A stretch of 64,000 bases of DNA from Eledone cirrhosa (GCA_964016885.1 OZ024742.1:190464001-190528000); one strand, 5' to 3'. Positions 41,520 to 55,861 are shown, counted from the stretch's first letter. A program made the numbers and translations. The notes: generated by a model from the letters alone, not told the origin.

Positions 41520-41564
41520 GCTCTGACGAATCCTACGGTTACGTAAGGAAGAAACATTGTAAGC
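41520..41564 (+). ncRNA. Minimal type I hammerhead ribozyme
   Basis: gct-CTGACGA-aTCCTACG gtta CGTAaGGAa-GAAA-CATTG-TA-agc, then caataaaaatcttttgatg. Same tail as the 312-358 motif. Confidence 0.8.
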
Positions 41565-41706
41565 CAATAAAAATCTTTTGATGTTGTAGACGCTCTTGTG
41601 TTCTTTATCATATATACGGCTCTGCTCCAAAGCATAGAGATAATTATTATGCTGACAATACCTTAATGGGACACGGGTATACAATACCTAACTCCTATTA
41701 ACCTAA

Positions 41707-41792
<86 letters not shown>

Positions 41793-42464
41793 TCATACAC
41801 ACATACATGCATGCATACATACACACACATATACATACATATCTACACACACATGTACATACATATCTACACACACATATGTACACATATCTACTGAATT
41901 ATTTGCGTTCACTAATACATTGTGGGCGGTGGTGGGGTGATTAGTGAAATGGTTTGTGTACCTCTGAGGGTTGTTCTCTTCAACCATCCAATGTTTGAAA
42001 GCGTGGGTGTCATCCACTTCTATTTGGATATTTTTCTTCTTTCTCTCCTCACTCTCTCTGTCTCTCTCCCGAACACACACAATACTTTCGTTAACACATA
42101 AACCAAACAACACTAGAGGCATATATATATATATATGTATATGTATATGTATGTATATATGTATGTATATATATATGATTGTATATATATATGTATATGT
42201 ATATATATATATATGTATGTATATATATTTGTGTTTATATACATATGTATATATATGTATATATATACATATATATGTATATATATATATGTATGTATTT
42301 ATATATGTATATATATATGCATATATATATGTATATATATATGTATATATACATATATATATATACATATATATTAAAGAGTTAAAAAAGATTCAATGAG
42401 TACATCAAAGAATGAGTTTTACAGTAGATTGGAAGCACTGTACAGAAAATCTTTTCCAGAGTTA

Positions 42465-45130
42465 TTAATATTAAATTCAAATATTAATAAAATATGTGTT
42501 CTTGTGATCAATAACATTTTATTATACATATTTCAGAGGTACAACAGTACGTCCTCATCAGATAAAATAAAATGATACATGACATACCCTGAGATGTTAG
42601 ATGTTTAAGATTTAATCAAGGTAGTGATTAACTTATGAGAAAACTCAACATTTATACCCTAATAATGAGAATATGCGAAAACGTAATAGAATCAATAGAG
42701 AAGGTGTGAATAAGAAAAAACATTGCTTTAATGTAACAGTTATAGAGTTTTTAAAATCTGGGATACTACAATTAGGATTATAGAGGAAGACGTCTCTGGA
42801 GTTATAATTTTAAGTATTTGGCTTGAGAAAGCAACTGATAGATAATTAAAGCGAGGGAGAGATAAAGGGGAGTAATTTATGCGAACATTTTCATCGGACA
42901 CATATAGACTTAGCGGTTAAATTTTAAAATATTTAATTTATGTTATTTTAGGGTGAAGAATCAAAATTTTAGGTTTTAAAAGTTGATGGTTATTTGTATT
43001 AATTTTATAAATTTTATAAATTTTAGAAATGTAACACATTTATAAAATTCAAAGTTTTATGAAAACAAATTTAAAGGATTTACTAGGCCCGCAAAATAAA
43101 AATAAAAATATATACTGTTCAATATTCACATAAAGGTAATCTTTAACAAAATTACTTTTAACAGTGTCAACATTTTCGGTATGTATAATTTATGAAGTAC
43201 TTACTGTTATAAGCATCAAGGAATTTATTGTTAAATAGATACATTGTCTAAAATATAATAATTAACGCAGTTTTCAACTATATATATATATATATATGTG
43301 CATTTATGATAATAAGAGGACTATAAATTATTATTTATTATATTGTATTAAATCATTATATTAGTTCTACCTTCAAGGTAAGGACGAACTCAAAATAATG
43401 ATTATGTTATTGTACAATATAAACATAAATGCACAAAACTATATACAAAGAATACCTAACTATAATTATGATTATGTTATTATATAATATAAACATATTT
43501 GCAAAACTACATATAGAGAGATATACTAAGAATTAATGAGACAGTATACTTTTGGTAAAGTATAACGATTATAATCTTAGATAATAGATTCATAACTGTA
43601 AAATACATACATATATATAAAAAAACAAAACAAATGTAAACGCGTGAATGATCAACAGTTGAAAATAAGGTCCGTAAAAATTTACAGGTTAGATATTTAA
43701 CCTATATTTAAAACAGAGATAGAAAAATAAAGATAGAGAAATAAAGGTCTGGATCAAAGTTAATAATATCCAAAAAGCCATATGTTATGTATATCAACGT
43801 GCCAGCATGTTATTAAACAAATGTCATTCATTCAAACGTTATTTCCTTTATAGATGGTTAGAAGATAAAGCAATATTAATGTTTTATAAGCCATTAAGAT
43901 TTATATTTTCCACAGTTGCTGATGTACGTCTAAAAACCAGGCTTGGTTGCTTACTGTTTTTTCCAGATCTTATGCGAGGCTTGGAATGTAGACAAGGCTT
44001 TATGAAGGCAGTTTGAGAATAATTCACTTCTTTTGTTAATTAAATTCCCATAATTATTAATAATCAAAAGGGTCTCCATTGTACAAAGGGCGCAGTTACT
44101 TGGTATACTTCAGTTGCGGTAAACTCCACTATTATAAAGTTTCGTCCAAAAGATGGAGTATTTTAAATTTTTGTCTTTTCATGACCATATAAGCTGTGAT
44201 AAAGGAGTCGATGATTTTCTATTAGAATTCGAAAAAGAGCATTTATGATTCGCAAATCTAGCCTTCAATGTAGAAGAAATCGATCCTATGTAGTTGTATG
44301 TGTTGTAATCAGTTTTTACGGTGCATTTATACACGAAATTACTATCCAAACAATAATTTTGCAGAGGGCAATCAGGTTTATTTCTACAATTACATTTTGA
44401 TTCATTATTATTTATGTTAACACTATTATTAACATCATTATGCTGATTTTGCTTTAGAATTTTGCTGTTTATTTTAGCAATGTTTTGGGCCATATTCATA
44501 GTTGTAGAGTAAGATAATTTAATAGTGTGTCTATTAAAAATGGAATGGTATTTATGTTGACTAGGGAAAGGGCTGTCCAAAGCTTTAAAGAATAGGTTTG
44601 CAATTGGTGTTCTAACTGGTACAGAAGCAGGGTGGCAAACCATATGACTGATTTAGTTCTAGTTCTTTTCCTCAATTTGTTCGCCGTATGGGTGTTTGAA
44701 TTATAATTATTAGAATTTCGTTTATATATGCCGTTGTTTTTATCAGGATTAAAACTTGGATTATTATTATCTACATATTCAATATTATTCTCATATCCTG
44801 CTCTTTTTAACGCTTCATTGTAGTATGCTTCATTTTCATCAAATATTGCTTTATTCGTTGATATTCTATTAATGCGTTTTTGCACACTATTTACTATAGC
44901 TTTTCTTTACAGATTTAGGGTGACTGGAGTAGTAACTAACATAGTTTAAGTTTTCATTGGGCTTATGAAAAGGGTAATAAAAGCCAGAGTTTAAGTTAAA
45001 CGTAACATCTAGGAAATTAACTGTTTTGGTACCATTTTATACTTCTAACTTAAGGTCGTACATTTTAAAGAATTCAATTATACCTTTCTTTACTCTATTT
45101 AGTTCAATATTGTTGTCTTTGACCACCGTA
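42465..45130 (-). mobile_element. 5'-truncated, frameshifted Penelope-like element
   Basis: KTVNFLDVTFNL...YYPFHKPN...RINRIST...YNEALKRAGY, then CNCRNKPDCPLQNYC...VYKC...YIGS...RFANH...LSQLIW. Long AT-rich 3' UTR ending in an HHR. Confidence 0.85.
42515..42568 (-). ncRNA. Type I hammerhead ribozyme at PLE 3' end
   Basis: attttat-CTGATGA-GGAcGTAC tgtt GTACcTCT-GAAA-TATGTA-TA-ataaaat. Confidence 0.75.
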
Positions 45131-45228
45131 AATAAAATTTCAGGATTTTAACGGAAAAGGATTTTAACGGAAAAGTTGCAATATCGGAAGTTGCAATATC
45201 GGAAGGAGACCTTACTTTTGGGATTGCC

Positions 45229-45269
<41 letters not shown>

Positions 45270-45326
45270 AAAACATATAAAATCGAAAATGCAACTGGAG
45301 CCTTTTTAAGAATATTGATTTGTTTC

Positions 45327-45363
45327 CTTTAACGGTTTCACAGTTCTTATGCTTTTCAAAAGT
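45327..45363 (-). ncRNA. Hammerhead-like motif with U3-A8 core at PLE 3' end
   Basis: ctt-TTGAAAA-GCA taagaac TGT-GAAA-CCGT-TA-aag. Confidence 0.55.
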
Positions 45364-47775
45364 AGAATTGAGATGGAGGGTTTGAATAAGTATAATACAT
45401 TTCGCGCCAGATCGCGTTATAGAGTTGTTATCGTATTTGCCTTTAAAAAACGGCGGTGGGGTGACTCAGATTGTTTTTTTTCATATATGAGTGTATTTGG
45501 TTGGTTGATGCAGTCAGGTTAATAAGCACATCTACTTTCGCGCTAGTTCGCGTTTGAAGGTTCTTTTCACTTTAAAAAGTGACTAAAAAAAGTTGTTGTT
45601 TTATAAATGTAATTTGATTGGTTATGACTGTCACGTACATTAAATTTCGCGCCGGTTCGTATTGGGGGGTTCTTTGAAGCCATTTAGAGAGTTTTCTGCC
45701 AAACAAAAGATAATGGTCAAGAAAACAGGGTTGGGAGGAATTATTCTGGTCCAGTGAGTATGGCTGATGTGCTGAGGTGTCAAAATTCAGACTTTTCTAT
45801 TGAAATAAAGAAAACATAGATATATCTTTTTATTTGTGTGCTGATGTGTGTGTGTGTGAAGGAAATGATTCCATTAGTAGAAATGGGGGAGGGAGTTATG
45901 TGTGTATGAGTGTTATATGTGTGTGGGTGTTATATGTGTGTGCATGTGTGTGTGTGTGTGTGTGTGGGGGGGTATGGTTAGCATGTTAAGGTGTTAGAGT
46001 ATTAACATATGTTAAGGTCTATTTAGCTCTGGTTTTTATTTTCGAATATAGAAGAGGGTGTTATGTGTGTGTGTATGTATGTGTATGTTGGATGGTTACC
46101 ATGTTATTGTGTTGACATAATGTATATTAAACTGTATTTAATGCTGGTCTATATTTTTGAATAAACATATTTTCCTTATTTATTCGTATTTGTTCTGTTG
46201 TATTGTCAGCACAAATATAAAGTGGGAAGACTTGGAATCTGGGTATCTTATCGCTTGGTCATATGTCTAGATGTGCACTGCGTGGTTACTGTCTAGTGGT
46301 AGTGTCTCGTAATTGTTTGGCGATGAATTGTCATTGTGTTTCTGAATATGAGTTTAGTTTGTCCTATATAATCTTCATTGTACCCTTTACATTTAATGGC
46401 ATAAAGTAAATTTTTTGATGAGCAGGTGAAGTTATTTTTTACAACAAAATTTTGTTTTGATTGAAATGTATACATGATGCCTTCAATCAGGTGAGTGCAA
46501 GTTCCACAATTAGAGCGACCACATTTTTTGACAATTGGTTGTGGGTTGTGGTAGGTAATTTAGCATTGGTGCGTAATGTTTTTAGTGATTTCGGTTGTCT
46601 TTTGCTTTTGATTATTTTGTGTGTTTCAAGTTTATTTTTCATTCTTGGGACTTGTTTCAATAGTGGGATGTTTTTGTGAATAATGTTGTATGCTTCCGCA
46701 TTTCTTGCGTTGCGTGTTGAGATATATGATAGAATATTGGACGTACCTTGAATTTCTTTCTGTTTTCGTAATTCATCAATGCCTATTGCTTTAGCCCTTC
46801 TATTCCATTATCTATTAGTAATGGTGGGTACTGTCTTTCGAGCTGAATTTCCTTTAATTCTTGAAGTCTTTAATTTCGCGTTTCATAATTGGAGACAATT
46901 GTGCAAATTCTTCTTGCCAGGTTAAAAGGGATGTTCGTCTTCGTGTGCTTTGGATGGTTGGAGATGAAGAGCAGGTAATGTTTGGAATCTGTTGGTTTGT
47001 AGTGTATGTCAGTTTCAATATTTGTGTATTTTTTATGATTAAGATGTCCAGAAACGTGAATAGATCTTGGCTGTATTCCATTGTAAATTGGATGTGGTTA
47101 TTGATGCCGTTAATTACATTTTTGAAATCATTTAGTTGGTCGAGTGTGCGACTCCAAAGAATAAGGCAATCATCCAAGTAGCGTTTCCAATTCTCTGATA
47201 AATATTTGTGGAAGTTCAAGCCGTATTTTGATTTAAGTTAGCATAAGTTGGAGCGACTTTTGTATCCATCGCAGTCCTCGATAATTGATTGTAAGTGCTG
47301 CCATCGAAATGAAAAGTATTGTTCTGTAAAATAAATGTTAATCCCTCGGTGATGATGAATTTTTCTATTCTGTCAGGTATCTCATTGGGATATTTCTCTA
47401 GCCAGAATCCTATTGTTTCTAGTCCGTAATGGTGTGGGATCGTTGTGTAGAGATTCACTACATCGAAAGACACAATAATAGTGTCGTTGTTGACATGTTT
47501 GGGGAGGTGGTTTAAGAGGTCCAAGTCGTATCTTACAAGGCTTGGTATGTGTTTGAGAATTGGTTTTAGTAGTATGTCTATAAAGTTGTTTAGACTGTGT
47601 GTTTCACATTGTGGGCCCGCTACAATTGGTCTTAATTTAAGATCAGTGGGATGTTGTGTGTTAACGCAGGGTGAGGTGGATTCTTTACAGGCATCGTTCA
47701 TCATTACTTATTTTACACTTGTGGATCTTCGGAAGTCCGTAAAGGTTTCTGGTTTTGTATTCAAAATGTGTTAAA

Positions 47776-47965
47776 TAATTGTTTCTACTTTTGGCACAAG
47801 GCCAGCAATTATCTCAGTGTATTACTGGTACTTTATTTTATGGACCCCGTAAGGATGAAAGGCAAAGTTGACCTCGGCGGGATTTGAACTCAGAATGGAA
47901 AGGGCCGTAACTCTATGCGTCAAAGCATGGCGTCCGACCCTCTACCGATACTGCCAATCCACCAA
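47776..47965 (-). mobile_element. tRNA-derived SINE inserted in the PLE ORF
   Basis: TSD caaaatgtgttaaataat on both sides. Confidence 0.9.
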
Positions 47966-50032
47966 TCCACAAAATGTGTTAAATAATCGCGTTCGTTTTT
48001 AGTTAAGTCTTCCTGGTACCGACAAATGAATGTGTTTAATCTGGTCATCGTTTTTGATTACTGGTAGTTTTCTACTCTTTCATAGTAGTTAGTGTCTTGT
48101 AAGAGAGAGAACATAGCATTTTTATATTTTTCAGCATCCATAATTACGACAGTACTTCCCTTGTCCGCTTCCTTAATTACAATGTCAGTATTGCTTTTTA
48201 GTTCATGGATAATATCCCATTCCCTTCGACTCGTGTTGGGTTTGGATTTAGGTGCGTTAGTTCATGGTATGGGAAAGTTTCTATGTCGTCACAAAATTTG
48301 TCCAGAACTCTGTTCCTGCCCTTTGTTGGGTTGTAGCTGCTTTTATTCCGTACAATTGATTGGTCGTTATTCTCCTTGTCAAAAAATTCCTCAGTTAGAC
48401 GTAATTTTCTACAGAAGTGTGAGATATCGTCATTTATCTCATTGAGGTTAGAGTATTGTGGGGTTGGTTTGAATTTTAGTCCTTTGGAGAGAATTTTAAC
48501 TTGTTGGGCTGAGAAGTTTGTATTTGAAAGGTTGATTATTTTCGGTTTTTCAAAATCGGTTTGTGACACCGGGTGTCGTGGGTCCTGTAGCCTTGGTCTA
48601 AAAAATGATTTTTCTGAATTGTTTTTTCATGGGTAGTATTATATCGAATGGCATTACCCATGTTGTTGTGTAGTATCGTACACAAGTTTCGGAGGTTTTG
48701 AGGTTCCGTTTGTTGATGGTCTGGGTTGTAAATTTTGTTCCTTTGTGCGGGTTGGGATCTATGATTTTGGAACAGGTTCTGTCTGGTTGGGGTCTACGGT
48801 TTTGGAACAGGTTTTGTGTGGGTTGTGATCTTCTGTGTAGGAAGACATTGGTTTTTTTTTTAGTAGGGTTATAGTTTTGTCTATGGGTTCTGGGATAATC
48901 GTCAAAGTTTTGCTGGGGTATGTTGGACGTTTTGTTACTTTTTTTGTTATTTGTTGTGAATGTGGTGGGTGAGTTTTAGTTTGTTTTAAAAATGGGTTAC
49001 CTCTATAGTATCCATTTTTGAAATACATTTCGTAGTTGTTGAACTAGGTGGCGTTTTTTTCCCATCGCTGGAGGGATGTTAGTTCTTCATCGTCACAATT
49101 TTCTTTCCAAAGAGTAGGCCTTCAGAGTGCCTTGAGATTTCTGTTTCCATCTGTTGGTCGAGTGACTTGAATTTTTCCTCGTTGAAGTTTGCTCTTAATC
49201 GCAACAGTTCTATTTCTATTAAAACTTTTCAAAGGCCAAATTTTCCTTAATCTTTTGTTGGTTTTCTGGTTCATTCGGGATGGGTTTTTTGGGGAGGATG
49301 ATTGGGGTAGAGTTTAGCCACTTTTCATATATATCTGCCGTGCCATTATTTTTTAGGTTGTTTTTTGAGCCACATTTTTAAGTGAAAAGAACCCTCAAAC
49401 ACGAACTGGGGTGAAAGTTGATGTGCTTATTCACGTGACTGCATCAACCAACCAAATTTCACTCATATATGAACATATATTCTGAGCCCCCTCCCCATTA
49501 TTTAAAAGGCAAATACAATAAGAACTCTATAACCTTTTTGTGGAACGAGAGACTCCCAGTCTTCATAAAGTCATCTATATAGGAAAAGGTCACTGATATA
49601 AAAACACAGGCATCGCTTGATATGTGACATGTTTTTCAATGCATGGTATTGCTGGTCATAGGTAAGTCCCTAGTAGGAGCAAAAACGCGCGTCCGTGATG
49701 CTCGTGCTTAAATATTAAGCAACAGCATTACATGAAATCGAGTTGCAGCTATCATGTATGTATGTATGTATGTATGTATGTATGTATGTATGTATGTATG
49801 TATGTATGTTCATCTGGTTTTATAATTTCACAAAGTTTAACCAATAGAGTGAGAGTCGGTTTCTAACATAGACACAAGACTCTCTCAGTGGAATTTACAC
49901 AACATCCACTAGGTAGATATGTATGTGTGCATGTGTAGATATGGATGTTATTGTATGTGTGGATGTGTATGTTTTGAGTTGTATGTGTGCATGTGTGTAT
50001 GCGTTGCATCTGTACATGTGTATATGCACTTA

Positions 50033-51130
50033 TTAGATGCAAAAGTTTTGGAATGTTTTACATATTTTTACTGTTCCATTAAAGGATTGTACTTGTAATT
50101 TCCTAACTAGTTGTATTCTTTCTGTTCCTATGAAGCCTAGCTTCTCAAGATTTGTATTGAGGCAGTTACTAACATACCCCAGTGCCCCAATAACCACAGG
50201 CATAAATCTGAAGGTGTAATCAGGGTGGAGTATCTGCAGATTTCTTATCAGTTCTGCATAAATATTCTCCTTTTCACTAATCTTTGATATTATATTGGCA
50301 TCTGCTGGGCAGCTAATTTCCACTACTGTGCATGCTTTCTTCTCCCTGTCCCATATCATAATATCTAGTCTGTTATGCCTGCATTTTATTGGGGTTTTTA
50401 CTGGAACATTCCACCAGTACTCTTTCATATTATGTACCTGGATGTCTTCCCCATTGCTGTAGCTTTTAATGTGTTTATTATCGGGGCAACTTTTTTTACG
50501 AACTGCATTGTACAGTGTTTTGGCCACTACATCATGCCTCATAGGTAGATAGTACGGCGATGACATCTTTGGACAGCTGCTGATGACATGGGTGATATCC
50601 TCGATGTTAGTGCTGCAGTGTCTGCACTTGTTATCACATCTAGGTGTTTTGCCTGCATCCCTATCTCTTTTGTGAATCAGGTATTTCGTGTTAATCTCCT
50701 GTTCTTGGATTGCAAAAGCGTATCCTTCAAAGTGGGAGCCAATATAGCAGTTGTTGGTCCAAGATAGACTACTTTCCTTATCTATATTACTCTCACTCTG
50801 GAGATTCCTGGCAACATATCCATGCATGATTTTTTGCTGATAAGCATGCAGTTTTTCATCCATGGATTCACTGCGATACTGCTGAGCGACTTCCCTGGGT
50901 GTGAGTTTTTGATTATCACACAGGGAATATCTCTCGAGGAGCTCATTCCCAACTCTCATGATCTTATCTGTTTCATGCAGATAGACTTGCGCGAGAAACG
51001 GGCTCCTACGCTTCGAGGCTCGTAGATGTTTTCGGAGAGATATGATGCGACATTCAAATGTTGTCTCGACTGATGTTAGGCCTCTGCCTCCCTGCTTACG
51101 TTCAAGTAAAGGCGGTCTATGGCACATAGA
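50033..51130 (-). CDS. C-terminal part of an RLE-type non-LTR retrotransposon ORF (R4/Dong/NeSL-like)
   Basis: RKQGGRGLTS, CCHC knuckle CRHC...EDITHVISSC, RHDVVA, RLDIMIWD...VVEISCP (PD-D/E-like endonuclease). Confidence 0.85.
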   Translation of the reverse strand, partial: SMCHRPPLLERKQGGRGLTSVETTFECRIISLRKHLRASKRRSPFLAQVYLHETDKIMRVGNELLERYSLCDNQKLTPREVAQQYRSESMDEKLHAYQQKIMHGYVARNLQSESNIDKESSLSWTNNCYIGSHFEGYAFAIQEQEINTKYLIHKRDRDAGKTPRCDNKCRHCSTNIEDITHVISSCPKMSSPYYLPMRHDVVAKTLYNAVRKKSCPDNKHIKSYSNGEDIQVHNMKEYWWNVPVKTPIKCRHNRLDIMIWDREKKACTVVEISCPADANIISKISEKENIYAELIRNLQILHPDYTFRFMPVVIGALGYVSNCLNTNLEKLGFIGTERIQLVRKLQVQSFNGTVKICKTFQNFCI

Positions 51131-51384
51131 CCGCCTGTATGTATGTATATATGTACGTATATATGTATGTATGTATATTGTTCTGGTTTTATAATTTTTG
51201 CCAATAGAGTAAGAGAGAGAGAGTATGTATGTACGTCGTATGTATGTATGTATGTATGTATGTATGTATGTATGTATGTATGTATGTATGTATGTATGTA
51301 TGTATGTCTATATGTATGTCTATATGTAGGTATATGTGTAGGTATATATGTATGTATGTTTGTATGTATGCATGTATATATGTA

Positions 51385-51992
51385 TGTCAGGTCACCAGTT
51401 GGTGCTACTGGTAACATGTATCCCAGTACAACCTGTCTCTTGGTCGGGTCGTTGGCGACTAAACTGGCAACCCCACCAAGGTTTCATGGTGAGGAGGGTG
51501 ACTTTGGACATCCTGCAGGACTAAAAACAAAACCTGTCAAAGGGCAAAGGAGCTCTTAAGAGTCAATGGCCATCCAAAATCACCGGCAGAGATGACCCCT
51601 TAGCCTTTGTCAAGGCATAATTCTAGGAGAAGGAAAACTCTGATATAACACCTGCAACCCTGATGGTATCCAATGATGTTGACTTGTTCTTTTTTTGGTA
51701 AATAGCATCTTGGTTAAGAGAGTGGGACTGGCTTTGTGCAGTGCCTTTGCTCACTATAAAGGCTTCACGTCACAGGCATTGCTTTATATCTGGAGATCTC
51801 TCTTCACTTGTCATCACATGGTACCATGGGCCCAGCACTATGTGTCAATAATTGTCACAGGTGTAGTGTTTGTACCAGAGTTTTCAAGTCGCTGGCTGGA
51901 CTAAAAAGTCACACTCGTTCAGCGCATCGGTAGGGGTTCTCCTACATGGATATAAAGTAGTGGCCGTACTCGAAAACGAGTTGGCAGCCACC
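51385..51992. mobile_element. Probable LINE (RTE-like) 5' UTR-derived fragments
   Basis: GC-richer island with ctaggagaaggaaaactctga and an opposite-strand ttgaaaactctgg motif, between (TATG)n tracts. Confidence 0.35.
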
Positions 51993-52046
51993 ATGTATGT
52001 ATGCATGTATGTATGTATATATGTATATATATATAGGTGTATATGC

Positions 52047-52128
<82 letters not shown>

Positions 52129-52317
52129 ATATGTATGTTTGTATATAACACAGTAAGATGTAACTCCAGTTAAGAGGGTATATGAAACTTAAGATTCTGT
52201 CACTAAAGGGAGATAATTGAACGAGTTTATACCCATCCAATTTTCCGTGACACATCTGTCTTATATAACTACACTATAATTACACTGAAACATAAGATTA
52301 ATTATTGATAGAATAAA

Positions 52318-52975
52318 ATGATGATGGTGGTGATGGTGATGATGGTGATGATGATGATAGTGAGTATCATGATGGTAATGTTGATGATGATGGTGATGAT
52401 GATGATGGTGAGTATCATGATGATGGTGGTGATGATGATGATGATGATGATGATGGTGGTGATGATGATGATAGTGATGATGGTGATGATGATGATGATG
52501 ATGATGACGATGATGTTGATGATGATGTTGGTGATGATGATGATGATGATGATGGTGTTGATGATGTTGATGATGATGATAATGATGATGTTGATGATGA
52601 TGATGGTGTTGATGATGGTGATGATGATGATGATGGTGGTGATGATGGTGTTGATGATGGTGTTGATGATGATGTTGATGATGATGATAATGATGATGTT
52701 GATGATGATGATGATGATGATGATGGTGTTGATGATGTTGATGATGATGATGGCGTTGATGATGGTGCTGACGATGGTGATGATGATGACGATGATGATG
52801 ACTATGATGATGATGACTATGATGATGATGATGAGATCGATGATGAGGGCTAGGTTTATGAAGATGATGATGATGTTTGCGATGATCACTGCGATGACGA
52901 CGACGACGACGACGACGACAGTGGTGATGATGATGTAGAAGACGATGACGACGATGACAATAATGAAGGGGACGA
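52318..52975. repeat. Degenerate (ATG/GTG)n microsatellite
   Basis: Seen directly. Confidence 0.95.
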
Positions 52976-52987
52976 TGCTTACGGAGA

Positions 52988-54928
52988 TTATAATGATGAG
53001 GACGTTACTTAGGATGGTCATAGTAATGATGGGGAGAGTATAATGATGAGGACGGTACTTATGATGGTCATAGTAATGATGAGGAGAGTATAATGATGAG
53101 GACGGTACTTATGATGGTCATAGTAATGATGGGGAGGGTATAATGATGAGGACAGTACTTATGATGGTCATAGTAATGATGGGGAGGGTATAATGATGAG
53201 GACAGTACTTATGATGGTCATAGTAATGATGAGGGAGGGTATAATGATGAGGACGTTACTTAGGATGGTCATAGTAATGATGAGGAGGGTATAATGATGA
53301 GGACGGTACTTATGATGGTCATAGTAATGATGGGGGGGGGGGGTATAATGATGAGGACGGTACTTATGATGGTCATAGTAATGATGAGGAGGGTATAATG
53401 ATGAGGACGGTACTTATGATGGTCATAGTAATGATGAGGAAGGTATAATGATGAGGACGGTACTTATGATGGTCATAGTAATGATGGGGGGGGGGGGGGT
53501 ATTGATAAGGACGGTACTTATGATGGTCATAGTAATGATGAGGGAGGGTATAATGATGAGGATGGTACTTATGATGGTCATAGTAATGATGAGGGAGGGT
53601 ATAATGATGAGGATGGTACTTATGATGGTCATAGTAATGATGGGTAGGGTATAATGATGAGGACGGTACTTATGATGGTCATAGTAATGATGAGGAGAGT
53701 ATAATGATGAGGACGGTACTTATGATGGTCATAGTAATGATGAGGAGGGTATAATGATGAGGACGGTACTTATGATGGTCATAGTAATGATGAGGAGAGT
53801 ATAATGATGAGGACGGTACTTATGATGGTCATAGTAATGATGAGGGAGGGTATAATGATGAGGATGTTACTTATGATGGTCATAGTAATGATGAGGAGGG
53901 TATAATGATGAGGACGGTACTTATGATGGTCATAGTAATGATGAGGAGAGGATAATGATGAGGACGGTACTTATGATGGTCATAGTAATGATGAGGAGGG
54001 TATAATGATGAGGACGGTACTTATGATGGTCATAGTAATGATGAGGAGAGTATAATGATGAGGACGGTACTTATGATGGTCATAGTAATGATGAGGAGAG
54101 TATAATGATGAGGACGGTACTTAGGATGGTCATAGTAATGATGAGGAGGGTATAATGATGAGGACGGTACTTAGGATGGTCATAGTAATGATGAGGAGGG
54201 TATAATGATGAGGACGGTACTTATGATGGTCATAGTAATGATGAGAAGGGTATAAGGATGAGGACGGTACTTATGATGGTCATAGTAATGATGAGGAGGG
54301 TATAATGATGAGGACGGTACTTATGATGGTCATAGTAATGATGGGGAGTGTATAATGATGAGGATGGTACTTATGATGGTCATAGTAATGATAAGGACGG
54401 TACTTATGATGGTCATATTAATGATGAGGAGGGTATAATGATGAGGATGGTACTTATGATGGTCATAGTAATGATGAGGAGGGTATAATGATGAGGATGG
54501 TACTTATGATGGTCATAGTAATGATAAGGACGGTACTTATGATGGTCATATTAATGATGAGGAGGGTATAATGATGAGGATGGTACTTATGATGGTCATA
54601 GTAATGATGAGGAGGGTATAATGATGAGGACGGTACTTATGATGGTCATAGTAATGATGAGGAAGGTATATTGATAAGGACGGTACTTATGATGGTTATA
54701 GTAATGATGAGGAGGGTATAATGATGAGGACGGTACTTATGATGGTCATAGTAATGATGAGGAAGGTATATTGATAAGGACGGTACTTATGATGGTCATA
54801 GTAATGATGGGGAGGGTATAATGATGAGGATGGTACTTATGATGGTCATAGTAATGATGAGGGAGGGTATAATGATGAGGATGGTACTTATGATGGTCAT
54901 AGTAATGATGAGGAAGGTATAATGATGA
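52988..54928. repeat. 50-bp minisatellite, ~39 copies
   Basis: Unit tataatgatgaggacggtacttatgatggtcatagtaatgatgaggaggg. Confidence 0.95.
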
Positions 54929-55208
54929 AGATAAGGTGGATGGTAATTAAGATACACTTAGTGAATGACATTGAGAATCTGTTCAAAAAATAGGGAGCTG
55001 CTTTATGTTCTATAAAATGGTAATCAGATTAATTCTCCTCTCCCTTTTTGTTGGGATAATTACATATCGCCGGAGAATTGGACTAATTAATTCACTTATT
55101 ATATAAATAATAATTAATTTCCATTTGCTGTAGGAAATCCGACATATATACCGACACAAACACATACACATGTATATATATATGTATATATATATATACA
55201 AATTTATT

Positions 55209-55270
<62 letters not shown>

Positions 55271-55286
55271 TGTGTGTGTGTGTGTA

Positions 55287-55319
<33 letters not shown>

Positions 55320-55441
55320 ATATATGTGTGTGTGTATGTGTATGTATACATACACAGACACACACATATATGCATATATATATATAAAATATAAATATGT
55401 ATATATATACATATATATATGTATTATCATATGTATGTATT

Positions 55442-55490
<49 letters not shown>

Positions 55491-55733
55491 ATGTATTCAA
55501 TTTTGAATAATTGCCGACAGCCAGGTGCGAACATATATTTCTCTGTCTCTCTTCACCATCACCCCCACCCCTCAACTGTCCATTCTCTTATATTGATTAA
55601 TAGGCAAATTAAATGAATGCCAATGACAAATTGTTTCTTTCTTATTCTGTTAAGGTATGTTAATAGCAAATAAGAAACATATATGACCTTACCTCGGCAA
55701 TTCCATACTTATTACAGCAAGAGACTCACATGG

Positions 55734-55861
<128 letters not shown>

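Larger units (their letters stand above)
45267..49535 (-). mobile_element. Near full-length decayed Penelope-like element (Neptune-like) with inverted upstream pLTR fragment
   Basis: IINLS...LSKGLKF.P, IKEADKGSTVV, LRPIVAGP, SFDVVNLYTTIP, TAMDTKVAPTYANL, RYLDD, FTCSSKNLLYAIKC...YIGQT. 49380-49535 is an inverted match to ~45415-45575. Confidence 0.9.

Noticed and set aside
52302-53021. Long poly-Met / poly-Ile ORFs
   Set aside because: Translations of an (ATG)n microsatellite.
52988-54928. 50-bp array as a CRISPR or hammerhead array (atgatgaggacggtac resembles ctgatgaggacgtac)
   Set aside because: No unique spacers, eukaryotic context, and no GAAA half or stems.
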